DNA from: Ruminococcus albus 7 = DSM 20455
Lineage (GTDB): Bacteria > Bacillota > Clostridia > Oscillospirales > Ruminococcaceae
Direction: 5' to 3'
Assembly: GCF_000179635.2 (NCBI RefSeq)
Contig: NC_014825.1
Span: 240,001 to 272,000 of the forward strand
DNA length: 32,000 bases
Made by a program: the position numbers and the translations under genes. Positions 1-7,583 of the stretch are shown one piece after another; positions within the stretch are counted from its first letter, which is position 1, and every line of letters begins with the position of its first letter. The notes beneath the pieces were generated by a model that saw only the letters and a program-made list of their open reading frames with translations, was not told the DNA's origin and searched no databases.

Positions 1-242
1 AAGGTCACGCTCCTCGGTCCTTCTTTAGTCATAACGTTTACCGGAGTTTCTCCGTCGGAATAGAAACCGAGCCTTTTTTCATCTTCCTCATTACAGAAGG
101 AAACATATCTGAGCGTCAGTCCGATAGACCTTGCAAAGCCTGCAATGTCAACGGGCTGGTACGAATAGTAAAGTCCCGCAAAATCCTTGATAAGCTGTTC
201 GCAGATCTCGTCCTGCGCTCTCGGTGATAAATAGTAGTTCAT
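1..242 (-). CDS. hypothetical protein, N-terminal 80 codons only (3' end beyond window); weak resemblance to the N-terminal part of ImmA/IrrE-type proteins
   Basis: Minus-strand frame is open from the ATG at 242 to the window edge (MNYYLSPRAQDEICEQLIKDFAGLYYSYQPVDIAGFARSIGL...). AAGGAG lies 9 nt upstream. It is absent from the ORF track because it has no stop in the window. Confidence 0.55.
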   Translation of the reverse strand, partial: MNYYLSPRAQDEICEQLIKDFAGLYYSYQPVDIAGFARSIGLTLRYVSFCNEEDEKRLGFYSDGETPVNVMTKEGPRSVT

Positions 243-330
243 GTTTCTTTACTCCTTTCACTTTACCTGATACGTTGATATATTTTCATCAGCTCCCGCG
301 ACCGGGGCTTGCACGTTTGCTGTGATATGA

Positions 331-359
331 ATTATATCACTTCAAAAGCACAATGTCAA
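331..359 (-). promoter_or_regulatory. sigma-A type promoter for the leftward gene (TTGACA-17-TATAAT)
   Basis: On the minus strand, TTGACA is at 359-354 and TATAAT at 336-331, with an exact 17-nt spacer. The -10 box sits inside the palindrome gtgatat-gaatt-atatcac (322-340). Confidence 0.6.
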
Positions 360-420
360 GCGCATTTCAACAAATTTTGAAATTTTGTAAGTTTGCACCG
401 AAAAGCGCATTTCAAATGCG
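359..420. promoter_or_regulatory. operator-like repeats in the divergent control region
   Basis: The 12-mer agcgcatttcaa occurs twice in direct orientation (359-370 and 404-415). The second copy is part of the 15-bp palindrome cgcattt-c-aaatgcg (406-420). The first copy overlaps the -35 box of the leftward promoter. Confidence 0.45.
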
Positions 421-468
421 TAAAAGTCACAAAAATAGATAAATCGTCGCATTTACTCGGATTTGCTA

Positions 469-497
469 TTGACAAATGCACTTTTTTGTGTTATCTT
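469..497 (+). promoter_or_regulatory. candidate promoter for the XRE/ImmA/polymerase operon (TTGACA-17-TATCTT with TGn)
   Basis: TTGACA is at 469-474, followed by a 17-nt spacer ending in tgt, then TATCTT at 492-497. GGAGG at 546-550 precedes the ATG at 559. Confidence 0.5.
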
Positions 498-558
498 AAA
501 TATACCAAAGTGCGCTTTATAACATTTTGGTTGAGCGCAAATAAACGGAGGTAATATT

Positions 559-957
559 ATGACTTTTGGTGAAAAATTAAAAAATCTGCGCATTTCAATA
601 GATAAGACGCAGGGAGAAGCAGCAGACGGAATAGGCATTTCAAGGAGAGCTTTGCAGCAGTATGAAATGGGCGAAACTATCCCGAGATTTGACAGGATCT
701 ATGAACAGGCAGCAAAATACTATAATGTCCCCGTAGAGTTTTTAAAGAACGAATCCGAAGATGATTTTAAGAAGTGCGCAGAATACGGTTACGGTGCCAA
801 AGGAAAAAAGCAGGCTGAGGAGCTTGCAAACGAGATTGCCGGACTTTTTGCGGGCGGCGAGCTTTCCGAGGAAGATGCCGACAAGATCATGAAGGTCATG
901 GAAGAAGCATACTGGGAAATAAAGATAAGAAAAAAGAATAAAGACAACAATACATGA
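559..957 (+). CDS. XRE-family helix-turn-helix transcriptional regulator
   Basis: The N-terminus FGEKLKNLRISIDKTQGEAADGIGISRRALQQYEMGETIP matches the Cro/C1 HTH pattern. It has a strong RBS and is followed directly by an ImmA-like gene. Confidence 0.85.
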   Translation: MTFGEKLKNLRISIDKTQGEAADGIGISRRALQQYEMGETIPRFDRIYEQAAKYYNVPVEFLKNESEDDFKKCAEYGYGAKGKKQAEELANEIAGLFAGGELSEEDADKIMKVMEEAYWEIKIRKKNKDNNT

Positions 958-978
958 TGTTCCGGAGGTATTCAAACA

Positions 979-1476
979 TTGGAAAGTATCTATGCTCTTG
1001 TTATGCAAATTATTTTGACATATATGACGAGAGACCCCTTTGAGATAGCAGAAAGTCTGGGGATACTCGTAAAAGAAGCAGACATGGGTAATCAGCAGGG
1101 CTTTTTCAGATATATTGATGGTGTTCCCTGCATTTTCATTTCATCACGATTAAATGTTTTTCAGCGGCTGATAGTGTGTGCTCATGAGCTTGGACACTAT
1201 TATCTTCATTCGGAAATAGCAAAGGAAAAAGTGCTCCGGGAGTTTGGATTGTTCAACATGAAAAACATAGTTGAAAATGAAGCTAACGTTTTCGCCGCGG
1301 AGCTGCTCATTGACGAAGATGAGTTACTGGAAAAGTTTGAAGAAGGCTATACCATATTTCAAGCTGCAAGTGCTTTGGGCTACAGCAGCAATCTCATATA
1401 TATAAAGCTAAGAGAAATGAACAGACGAGGCTATAATTTCGATTTATCATGGGGAAATCGTGAACTGTTCAATTGA
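979..1476 (+). CDS. ImmA/IrrE-family zinc metallopeptidase (DUF955-like)
   Basis: HEXXH motif present (CAHELGHYYLH) plus downstream ENEANVFAAELL. TTG start at 979 lies 10 nt after GGAGG. The pairing with an XRE gene resembles ImmR/ImmA modules. Confidence 0.8.
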   Translation: MESIYALVMQIILTYMTRDPFEIAESLGILVKEADMGNQQGFFRYIDGVPCIFISSRLNVFQRLIVCAHELGHYYLHSEIAKEKVLREFGLFNMKNIVENEANVFAAELLIDEDELLEKFEEGYTIFQAASALGYSSNLIYIKLREMNRRGYNFDLSWGNRELFN

Positions 1477-1508
1477 TGATAGTTTGATCTATGAAGGGAG
1501 GGAGTGCA

Positions 1509-2769
1509 ATGGCAGAACAATGCTATATGTGCGTGGATCTGTCGAAGTTTTTTCGCAAGTGCAGAATGTGTAGCCAGGAATCTTGACCCGAATACGACCG
1601 ACCTTGTAGTTGCCGACGAATCGAGAGGCAAGGGCGCTATCTGCCTTGCTGTATCTCCCGCTATTCATAAAAAGGGTGTTAAGAACCGCTGCCGCCTTTA
1701 TGAGATACCCGACAACCTCGACTACATCATTGCAAAGCCACGAATGAGAATGTACATGAACATCTCGGCTCATATCTACGGCATTTACAAGAAGTTCGTA
1801 GCCCCCGAGGACGTTTATCCTTATTCCATCGACGAGGTTTTTCTGAATGCCGGTCCATATCTTTCGTTATACAAGATGACCCCGAAAGAGTTTGCTAATG
1901 CGATAATGGACAAGATAATGGAAGAAACGGGCATCACCGCGACCGCAGGTATCGGCACGAATATGTTTCTTGCGAAAGTTGCGCTTGACATAACGGCGAA
2001 GCACGTTCCCAATCACATAGGCGTTCTTGACGAGGACACCTTTATTGCGACTGTTCAGAAGCACCGCCCCATAACCGACATCTGGGGTATAGGCAGAGGA
2101 ACAGCGCAGCGGCTGGAGCGTTTCGGAGTATTTGACCTTGAAGGGATAACCCATATTCCCGAAGCAACCATGTACCGAACCTTCGGTAAGAACGCCGAAA
2201 TATTGATAGACCACGCATACGGTCGGGAGCCATGTACACTTGCCGACGTTCAGAATTATCAGTCAAAAACACGTTCTTTGTCAAACAGTCAGGTACTTTT
2301 CAAAGATTATTCACATTCAGGTGCTCGGCTCATACTGAAAGAAATGGTGGACAGCCTTACGAACGAGCTTGTGGGACAGGCTATGTACACTAATCACGTT
2401 TCACTGTATATTCGTTACAGTAATGACGTTATAGCCCCTACGGGTGGCTCAAAGAAACTGGAACAGCACACCAATTCCTACAAGGATATTTCAGAGATGA
2501 TGCTGAAAATATACGACAGCACCACAAACAAAGGATACAGTATCCGTCAGATCGGTATCAGCTATGGTGATCTCGTTTACGAGCACTGTGAGCAGCTGTC
2601 GTTTTTCAAGGACGACGTTAAGGCACAAAAGGAGCAACAGCTTCTTCATGCGGTTTCGGTCTTAAAGGACAGGTTCGGCAAAAACTCCGTTCTGCGAGGA
2701 ATGAGCTTGCAGGAGGACGCTACGGCAATGATACGAAATACACTTGTAGGAGGTCACAGCGGTGGATAG
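1509..2769 (+). CDS. Y-family DNA polymerase (UmuC/DinB/UvrX-like), 5' end disrupted by an apparent 1-nt insertion near 1542
   Basis: The long frame (track ORF 1504-2769) shows SFFASAECVARNLDP...VVADESRGKGAICLAVSPAIHKKGV, typical of Firmicute UvrX/ImpB polymerases. GGGAGGGAG plus ATG at 1509 opens a different frame (MAEQCYMCVDLSKFF...) that stops at 1584. Confidence 0.8.
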
Positions 2770-3097
2770 AGCAGAACGAGCGAAGATTTTTATGCCTTTC
2801 GCCAGTCTGAAAGGCTACTATGACCTTATCCTCGCACAAGAGGACGGACAAGAGGTCAAACGGCAGGTGGACGATGAAACCGCCGCAAAGATCTCCGACA
2901 AGCTGAACCGTATCAATAAAGGCAGCAGCATCAAGGTCGAGTATTTTGAGTGCGGCAACTACATCACAGAAAAAGGCAAGGTCAGCCGTATTGATTACTC
3001 GTACAAGTTCCTTGTGGTGAACGAACAGAAGATATGGTTTGATGATATTATGGATATTGATGACTATGTTCCCTATGGACGGGAAACGTGGCTGTAG
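2762..3097 (+). CDS. YolD-like protein (accessory partner of Y-family polymerases)
   Basis: The GTG start overlaps the polymerase stop. Pattern IFMPFASLKGYYDL ... IKVEYFECGNYITEKGKVSRIDYSYKFLVVNEQKIWFDDIMDI fits the YolD-like fold pattern. Position immediately downstream of the polymerase also fits. Confidence 0.7.
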   Translation: MDRAERAKIFMPFASLKGYYDLILAQEDGQEVKRQVDDETAAKISDKLNRINKGSSIKVEYFECGNYITEKGKVSRIDYSYKFLVVNEQKIWFDDIMDIDDYVPYGRETWL

Positions 3098-3114
3098 AAA
3101 GGAAGGAATACAAC

Positions 3115-3924
3115 ATGGGTTATTTATTTACAACAAGCAAGGATATTAATGATCTGGATATATACAAGTTCGATACCATTATGGCAACAGACGAGGAGGT
3201 CGAAATAGCAAGACTGTTTCTTCTCTCCGAATTTGATGATGACTTTGTCAGAATGGAGAAGAATTATTCCGAAGAAGCGGCGTCCTATGTATATAGGAGA
3301 ACGCTTGTAACATTTCTAAGATATGTTCAGGAGTGGATGAACATAGCCGTGTATCCCGGCTTAATGGGGCAGGAGCACAGACCCTCTGCCGGGGAGGAAG
3401 CCGTAATGGTTATAGTTACAAGGTCTATTTTACCGGAAATGGTATCGGATTATTTAGAGGGAAAAAGTTCCTCACAGGGCTACACTATATATCAGATGTC
3501 CGACGAAGATGTTTTAAGCATTCGTGAAGAGTTTACAGGGAAAGAAGCTACGATCAATGAAGATGATCTGATAGCCATCGGCTCCGACGCATTTCATGTC
3601 ATTGACTACGAAAGCGTCCTCCCTGTCAAAGTAACCGACCGCAAAGGATTTCTATTCTTCTGCGAAGATAGTGAGGGAGAAGACTATGTTGTACCTTTCC
3701 ACCGGCTCTTCCGAACCGAGGAAGAAGCTGACAGACTGGTTGCGGAAAGGAATGAACGCCGTAATAGTGCGATTGAACAATATCATCTTCTTGATTTTAC
3801 CGATGATAAGAAATTACAGCATGATCGGAAAATAGCGCTTGAATGGCTGCATTATAACCATGATATACCCGAGTTGCTGGCTTATAGGCTCAACAAAGGT
3901 ATTAAACTGACAACAGCCGTATAA
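3115..3924 (+). CDS. hypothetical acidic protein (269 aa), no recognisable motif
   Basis: ATG at 3115 lies 7 nt after AAAGGAAGGA; the track ORF starts at a GTG at 3088. Long clean ORF with coding-like composition. Confidence 0.6.
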   Translation: MGYLFTTSKDINDLDIYKFDTIMATDEEVEIARLFLLSEFDDDFVRMEKNYSEEAASYVYRRTLVTFLRYVQEWMNIAVYPGLMGQEHRPSAGEEAVMVIVTRSILPEMVSDYLEGKSSSQGYTIYQMSDEDVLSIREEFTGKEATINEDDLIAIGSDAFHVIDYESVLPVKVTDRKGFLFFCEDSEGEDYVVPFHRLFRTEEEADRLVAERNERRNSAIEQYHLLDFTDDKKLQHDRKIALEWLHYNHDIPELLAYRLNKGIKLTTAV

Positions 3925-4037
3925 GAATAAGAACCGACATCTGAGTTCACTGATTAGGCTTGATTATATATTGGATGCCGGTGACTACGTTCCAAATGGT
4001 CTGAAAAGCGGATATAAAGCCTGCTTCTAAAATGGAC

Positions 4038-4066
4038 TTGCATTATGAGATAAACTATGGTATAAT
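4038..4066 (+). promoter_or_regulatory. promoter TTGCAT-17-TGgTATAAT for the 4109 gene
   Basis: TTGCAT at 4038-4043, a 17-nt spacer, an extended -10 (tgg) and TATAAT at 4061-4066. GAGGAG at 4094-4099 lies 9 nt before the ATG. Confidence 0.6.
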
Positions 4067-4108
4067 CTATATAACGGTTGTTACTATAAAAACGAGGAGA
4101 CTTCATCA

Positions 4109-4471
4109 ATGGACGACAGCAATAATATTGGAATCAGAATCGTAACGCTATTTGATATACTTGTATCAATATTTGTCGGAATAAAGTGCATACCCTCCGG
4201 CGTTCATATCCTGCTGAGAATACTCATTATTTTCGCCATATTCTTTGCAGCTTTCTTTATAATGAACATAAAAAAGTTCGGCATCGGCTTGATTGCCATT
4301 GTCGCCCTAAGCTTATTGTTCACATGGGTCGCAAACGGGATCATTATTGCACCTAAAGTGGAAGATACGGTATGGAAATGGGTACTAAGAGCCTGCGCTT
4401 TTCTGATCTGCTTTCTCGGACACATTAAGCTTACTGTTTGGGACGAGGAGATCAAGGACAGATTTTTTTGA
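4109..4471 (+). CDS. small integral membrane protein (about 4 hydrophobic helices)
   Basis: 120 aa dominated by hydrophobic stretches (IVTLFDILVSIFVGI, ILLRILIIFAIFFAAFFIM, IGLIAIVALSLLFTWV, VLRACAFLICFLG). It has its own promoter and RBS. Confidence 0.65.
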   Translation: MDDSNNIGIRIVTLFDILVSIFVGIKCIPSGVHILLRILIIFAIFFAAFFIMNIKKFGIGLIAIVALSLLFTWVANGIIIAPKVEDTVWKWVLRACAFLICFLGHIKLTVWDEEIKDRFF

Positions 4472-4555
4472 TTAAAAAACCTGCCTCAGCATCTGCGATG
4501 ATGTTGGGATAGGTTTTCCTTTCGTTTACTATATATACCAACATAATGGAGATAA

Positions 4556-6052
4556 ATGTGGCTTATATTATTTTGCCATGATAATCACATCATGGCATTA
4601 TGTTTGTTGGCAAGCTCCTTTGTCAATGAACTTCCAATGGCAAATTCATATTATGATAGTTTGCATTATGAGAAGTTCCCCGATGGTTCGGTGAAGTGCA
4701 TCGAAGATGAGATACCGTTTGAGCTGCCGGAGGGGTGGCGTTGGGATAGGCTTGGTAATGTATCAATCATTGCAAGAGGTGGTTCACCACGTCCAATAGA
4801 ATCGTATATAACAGACGATGAAAACGGTATAAATTGGATTAAAATCGGTGATACAGAAAAGGACGGAAAATATATATTTAAGACGAAAGAAAAAATAAAA
4901 CCTGAAGGATTATCCAAATCACGTTATGTTGAATCAGGCGATTTTCTTCTTACTAACTCCATGAGTTTTGGCAGACCATATATATTGAGAACTGATGGCT
5001 GTATTCATGACGGTTGGCTTGTAATCGGAAATATAGATACCGTATTTAATCAGGATTTCCTCTACTATGCACTTAGTTCGGATTTTATGTATCAAACTCT
5101 ATCGTTGTTAGCAGCAGGATCTACCGTGAAAAATTTGAAATCTGATACTGTTAAATCGGTTCTATTCCCTATACCACCTATGCGGGAACAAAAACGGATA
5201 GCAGAAAAACTTGATTCTTTAATATCATTCGTTATCAAAATAGAATCTGACAAAACAGACCTCCAAACCACCATACAGCTCACTAAATCAAAAATCCTCG
5301 ACCTCGCTATCAGAGGCAAGCTCGTTCCGCAGAATCCTGATGATGAGCCTGCAAGCGTTCTCCTTGAACGTATCAGAGCTGAGAAAGAGGAGCTTATCAA
5401 ACAGGGCAAGATTAAGCGTGATAAGAAGGAATCCGTTATCTTCCGAGGTGATGATAACTCTTATTATGAAACTATCGGAAGTGAAACCACCAATATTGAT
5501 GATAAGATACCGTTTGATTTGCCTGATGGTTGGTCATTTGAAAGATTGTGTAATATAGCATCATTTTCAGGAGGTAAAACTCCATCAACCTCAAAAGATG
5601 AATACTGGGGTAATGATTATTTTTGGATCACTTCAAAAGATATGAAAAGTAAGTATATTGATTCTTCTCAAATCAGTTTAAGTGAAAAAGGCGCAGAAAT
5701 AATGCAGATAATAGCCCCCGATACGCTTTTGTTAGTTGCAAGAAGCGGTATCTTACGTCACACTCTCCCTGTTGCTATTCTAAAAAGACAGGCTACTATC
5801 AATCAAGACATTAAAGCAATTTCAATATATAATACCTCTCTTGTTGAGTTTATATACACCTTCTTAAAGGGTATGGAAAACTCTATACTGCTGAGATACA
5901 CTAAATCAGGCACAACTGTTGAGAATATCAATTTTGATGAATTTAAGAGTATTGTCATTCCTATACCACCATTAAACGAACAAAAAAGAATAGCCGACAA
6001 AGTTAGTCAGCTATTCTCCCTGCTTGATTCCATAGCGGAAAATGTGAATTGA
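4556..6052 (+). CDS. hsdS: type I R-M specificity subunit cassette hsdS' (two TRDs, lacks the N-terminal conserved region of the expressed hsdS)
   Basis: Contains TRD - central conserved region (TDLQTTIQLTKSKILDLAIRGKLVPQNPDDEPASVLLERIRAEKEELIKQGKIKRDKKESVIF) - TRD - PPLNEQKRIA. HsdS-like sequence begins at MANSYYDSLHYEK (ATG 4637). It is oriented opposite to hsdRMS. Confidence 0.85.
   Translation: MWLILFCHDNHIMALCLLASSFVNELPMANSYYDSLHYEKFPDGSVKCIEDEIPFELPEGWRWDRLGNVSIIARGGSPRPIESYITDDENGINWIKIGDTEKDGKYIFKTKEKIKPEGLSKSRYVESGDFLLTNSMSFGRPYILRTDGCIHDGWLVIGNIDTVFNQDFLYYALSSDFMYQTLSLLAAGSTVKNLKSDTVKSVLFPIPPMREQKRIAEKLDSLISFVIKIESDKTDLQTTIQLTKSKILDLAIRGKLVPQNPDDEPASVLLERIRAEKEELIKQGKIKRDKKESVIFRGDDNSYYETIGSETTNIDDKIPFDLPDGWSFERLCNIASFSGGKTPSTSKDEYWGNDYFWITSKDMKSKYIDSSQISLSEKGAEIMQIIAPDTLLLVARSGILRHTLPVAILKRQATINQDIKAISIYNTSLVEFIYTFLKGMENSILLRYTKSGTTVENINFDEFKSIVIPIPPLNEQKRIADKVSQLFSLLDSIAENVN
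4661..4738. repeat. shufflon inverted repeat IR1, arm a (partner 8895-8972)
   Basis: 78 bp encoding LHYEK.PDG.VKCIEDEIP..LPEGW. About 87 percent identical to the reverse complement of 8895-8972 by hand count. Exact runs: ttgcattatgagaag and ctgccggaggggtgg. Confidence 0.8.
5240..5470. repeat. shufflon inverted repeat IR2, arm a (central conserved region; partner about 8163-8393)
   Basis: About 231 bp and about 92 percent identical to the reverse complement of the expressed hsdS central region. The longest exact run is 41 bp (5369-5409 versus 8224-8264). Confidence 0.85.
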
Positions 6053-6058
6053 TATATC

Positions 6059-6082
6059 AGCCGTTCTCAGCCGAGGACGGCT
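6059..6082. terminator. hairpin between convergent hsdS' and the recombinase gene
   Basis: agccgttctc-agcc-gaggacggct forms a 10-bp stem with one G-U pair and a 4-nt loop. It lies between the stops at 6052 (+) and 6089 (-). Confidence 0.5.
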
Positions 6083-6088
6083 ATTTAA

Positions 6089-6895
6089 TCACCATGTAAC
6101 GATCTTATCCACGATAGCCTGCTGTTCGCTTGCGGTCTTACGCAGATAGATACGGGTAGTTTCAATGCTCTCATGCCCCATAAGATCGGCAAGCAGAGCG
6201 ATGTCATTATACTTCTCCAAAAAGTTCTTTGCATAACGGTGACGGAAAGAGTGCGGATACACTACCTTTTTATCAAGCCCGTACTTTTCGGCGTAGTTTT
6301 TGAGCTGTTGAGATATGCCCCTTGCTGTAATACGCTCACCAAAGCGATTAAGAAACAGGTAGCCAGATGTACGCTCCTGAGTTTTGAGCCATTCAAGTGT
6401 TTCATTGCGGAGCTTCTTCGGAATATACAGCCTGCGGAGCTTACCACCCTTAGAATAGAGATCAAAATAGCCCGTTTCAACGTGTTCAATCTTAATGCGA
6501 ATCAGCTCACTCACTCTCGCACCCGTAGCACAAAGATACCATACAACGAAGTACCATTCCATAATGCCGTCCTTTTTGAGCGACTTTTTCAAAAATTTGT
6601 AGTCTGCATTGCTGATTACATTTTCAAGGAAGTTCTTCTGCTGCACCTTGACTGCCTTGATGCGAAGCGACTCCTTACCGAGATACACAAGATACTTGTT
6701 CATAGCCTGAATACGGAGATTTACGGTCTTAGGCTTGAAATTCTCCATAAGATAGCCCTTGTAGGCAAGCAGGTTCTCCTTAGTGATACCATCATAGTGT
6801 TCCTCGAAATACTTTACCGTCCAGAGATAGACCTCTATCGTGTTTGCCGAGAGATTGGTCTTTTTCAGGAACGCTTCAAATGTGCTGTCTGTCAT
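6089..6895 (-). CDS. tyrosine site-specific recombinase (phage integrase/Xer family), probable shufflon invertase
   Basis: Catalytic-region motifs ATGARVSEL, HSFRHRYAKNFL and LMGHESIETTRIYL are present. AGGAG RBS. The gene is embedded between hsdS cassettes. Confidence 0.85.
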   Translation of the reverse strand: MTDSTFEAFLKKTNLSANTIEVYLWTVKYFEEHYDGITKENLLAYKGYLMENFKPKTVNLRIQAMNKYLVYLGKESLRIKAVKVQQKNFLENVISNADYKFLKKSLKKDGIMEWYFVVWYLCATGARVSELIRIKIEHVETGYFDLYSKGGKLRRLYIPKKLRNETLEWLKTQERTSGYLFLNRFGERITARGISQQLKNYAEKYGLDKKVVYPHSFRHRYAKNFLEKYNDIALLADLMGHESIETTRIYLRKTASEQQAIVDKIVTW

Positions 6896-6958
6896 TTACT
6901 TCTACTCCTTTTTATACTGAATTTGGTGCGAAATTCCTTGTATAATCATTATACCAAA

Positions 6959-7567
6959 AGAGTAGAAGTCTCTTATTATGAGAAGATCGGTGATACCGTC
7001 ACTTGTATTGACGAGGAACTGCCGTTTGATATTCCCGAAAATTGGGCGTGGATACGACTTTCAAGTGCTTGCATTATCAATCCAAAGAACAATATAAGCG
7101 ATGATACTCTTGTATCTTTTGTGCCTATGACGCTGATTCAGGACGGATATGCCAATCAGTTTACGTTTGAGCAGAGGAAATGGGGCGAGGTTAAAAAAGG
7201 TTTTACCCATTTTGCTGAAAATGACGTAGGCTTCGCCAAAATAACACCTTGCTTTGAAAACCGCAAATCTGTTGTATTCCGTGGTTTGTGCAATGGATAC
7301 GGTGCAGGAACAACGGAACTATATATTCTGAGAACATTTCCTGATACTATTATGCCTGAATACATACTATATATCGTAAAGACGGAGAGTTTCTTGGTAG
7401 GTGGTAAACAAACCTGTGCAGGCGTTGTAGGTCAACAACGAATAAGCAAGGACTATGTTTGCGATTACTTAGTCCCTGTACCTCCGCTGAATGAACAGGT
7501 ACGAATAATAAATAAATGCACCGAGATCATGACAATGCTTCATAATATAGAAAAGAGCCTCAGCTGA
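6959..7567 (+). CDS. hsdS: startless half hsdS cassette (single TRD plus C-terminal conserved helix)
   Basis: This is the in-frame tail of track ORF 6173-7567. HsdS-like sequence starts at SYYEKIGDTVTCIDEELPFDIPENWAW and ends at PPLNEQVRIINKCTEIMTMLHNIEKSLS. There is no start codon or RBS. Confidence 0.8.
   Translation, partial: RVEVSYYEKIGDTVTCIDEELPFDIPENWAWIRLSSACIINPKNNISDDTLVSFVPMTLIQDGYANQFTFEQRKWGEVKKGFTHFAENDVGFAKITPCFENRKSVVFRGLCNGYGAGTTELYILRTFPDTIMPEYILYIVKTESFLVGGKQTCAGVVGQQRISKDYVCDYLVPVPPLNEQVRIINKCTEIMTMLHNIEKSLS
6970..7017. repeat. shufflon inverted repeat IR3, arm a (partner 8128-8175)
   Basis: 48-bp exact match (ctcttattatgagaagatcggtgataccgtcacttgtattgacgagga) to the reverse complement of 8128-8175. 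Confidence 0.9.
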
Positions 7568-7583
7568 GGCTCTTTTCTATATT
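7544..7583. repeat. 40-bp perfect palindrome containing the overlapping stop codons of two convergent hsdS reading frames
   Basis: aatatagaaaagagcctcagctgaggctcttttctatatt is symmetric about 7563/7564. Both genes end ...NIEKSLS-TGA, and the two stops overlap within the 8-bp palindromic core tcagctga at 7560-7567. Confidence 0.9.

Noticed and set aside
453-638. 61-aa minus-strand ORF
   Set aside because: It overlaps the XRE promoter, RBS and start, and has no RBS of its own.
1462-1470. GAACTGTTC as a possible LexA (Cheo-type) box ahead of the polymerase
   Set aside because: The spacer is 1 nt rather than the 4 nt of GAAC-N4-GTTC. It also lies inside the ImmA coding sequence.
4475-4520. Possible terminator after the membrane-protein gene (aaaacct ... 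aggtttt)
   Set aside because: The stem is only about 7 bp with a loop of about 30 nt, which is too weak to call.
6173-6958. 5' two-thirds of the 464-aa plus-strand ORF
   Set aside because: It is entirely antisense to the well-supported tyrosine recombinase gene and has no HsdS-like sequence. Only the tail from 6959 is real hsdS cassette sequence; the long ORF is a read-through artefact.
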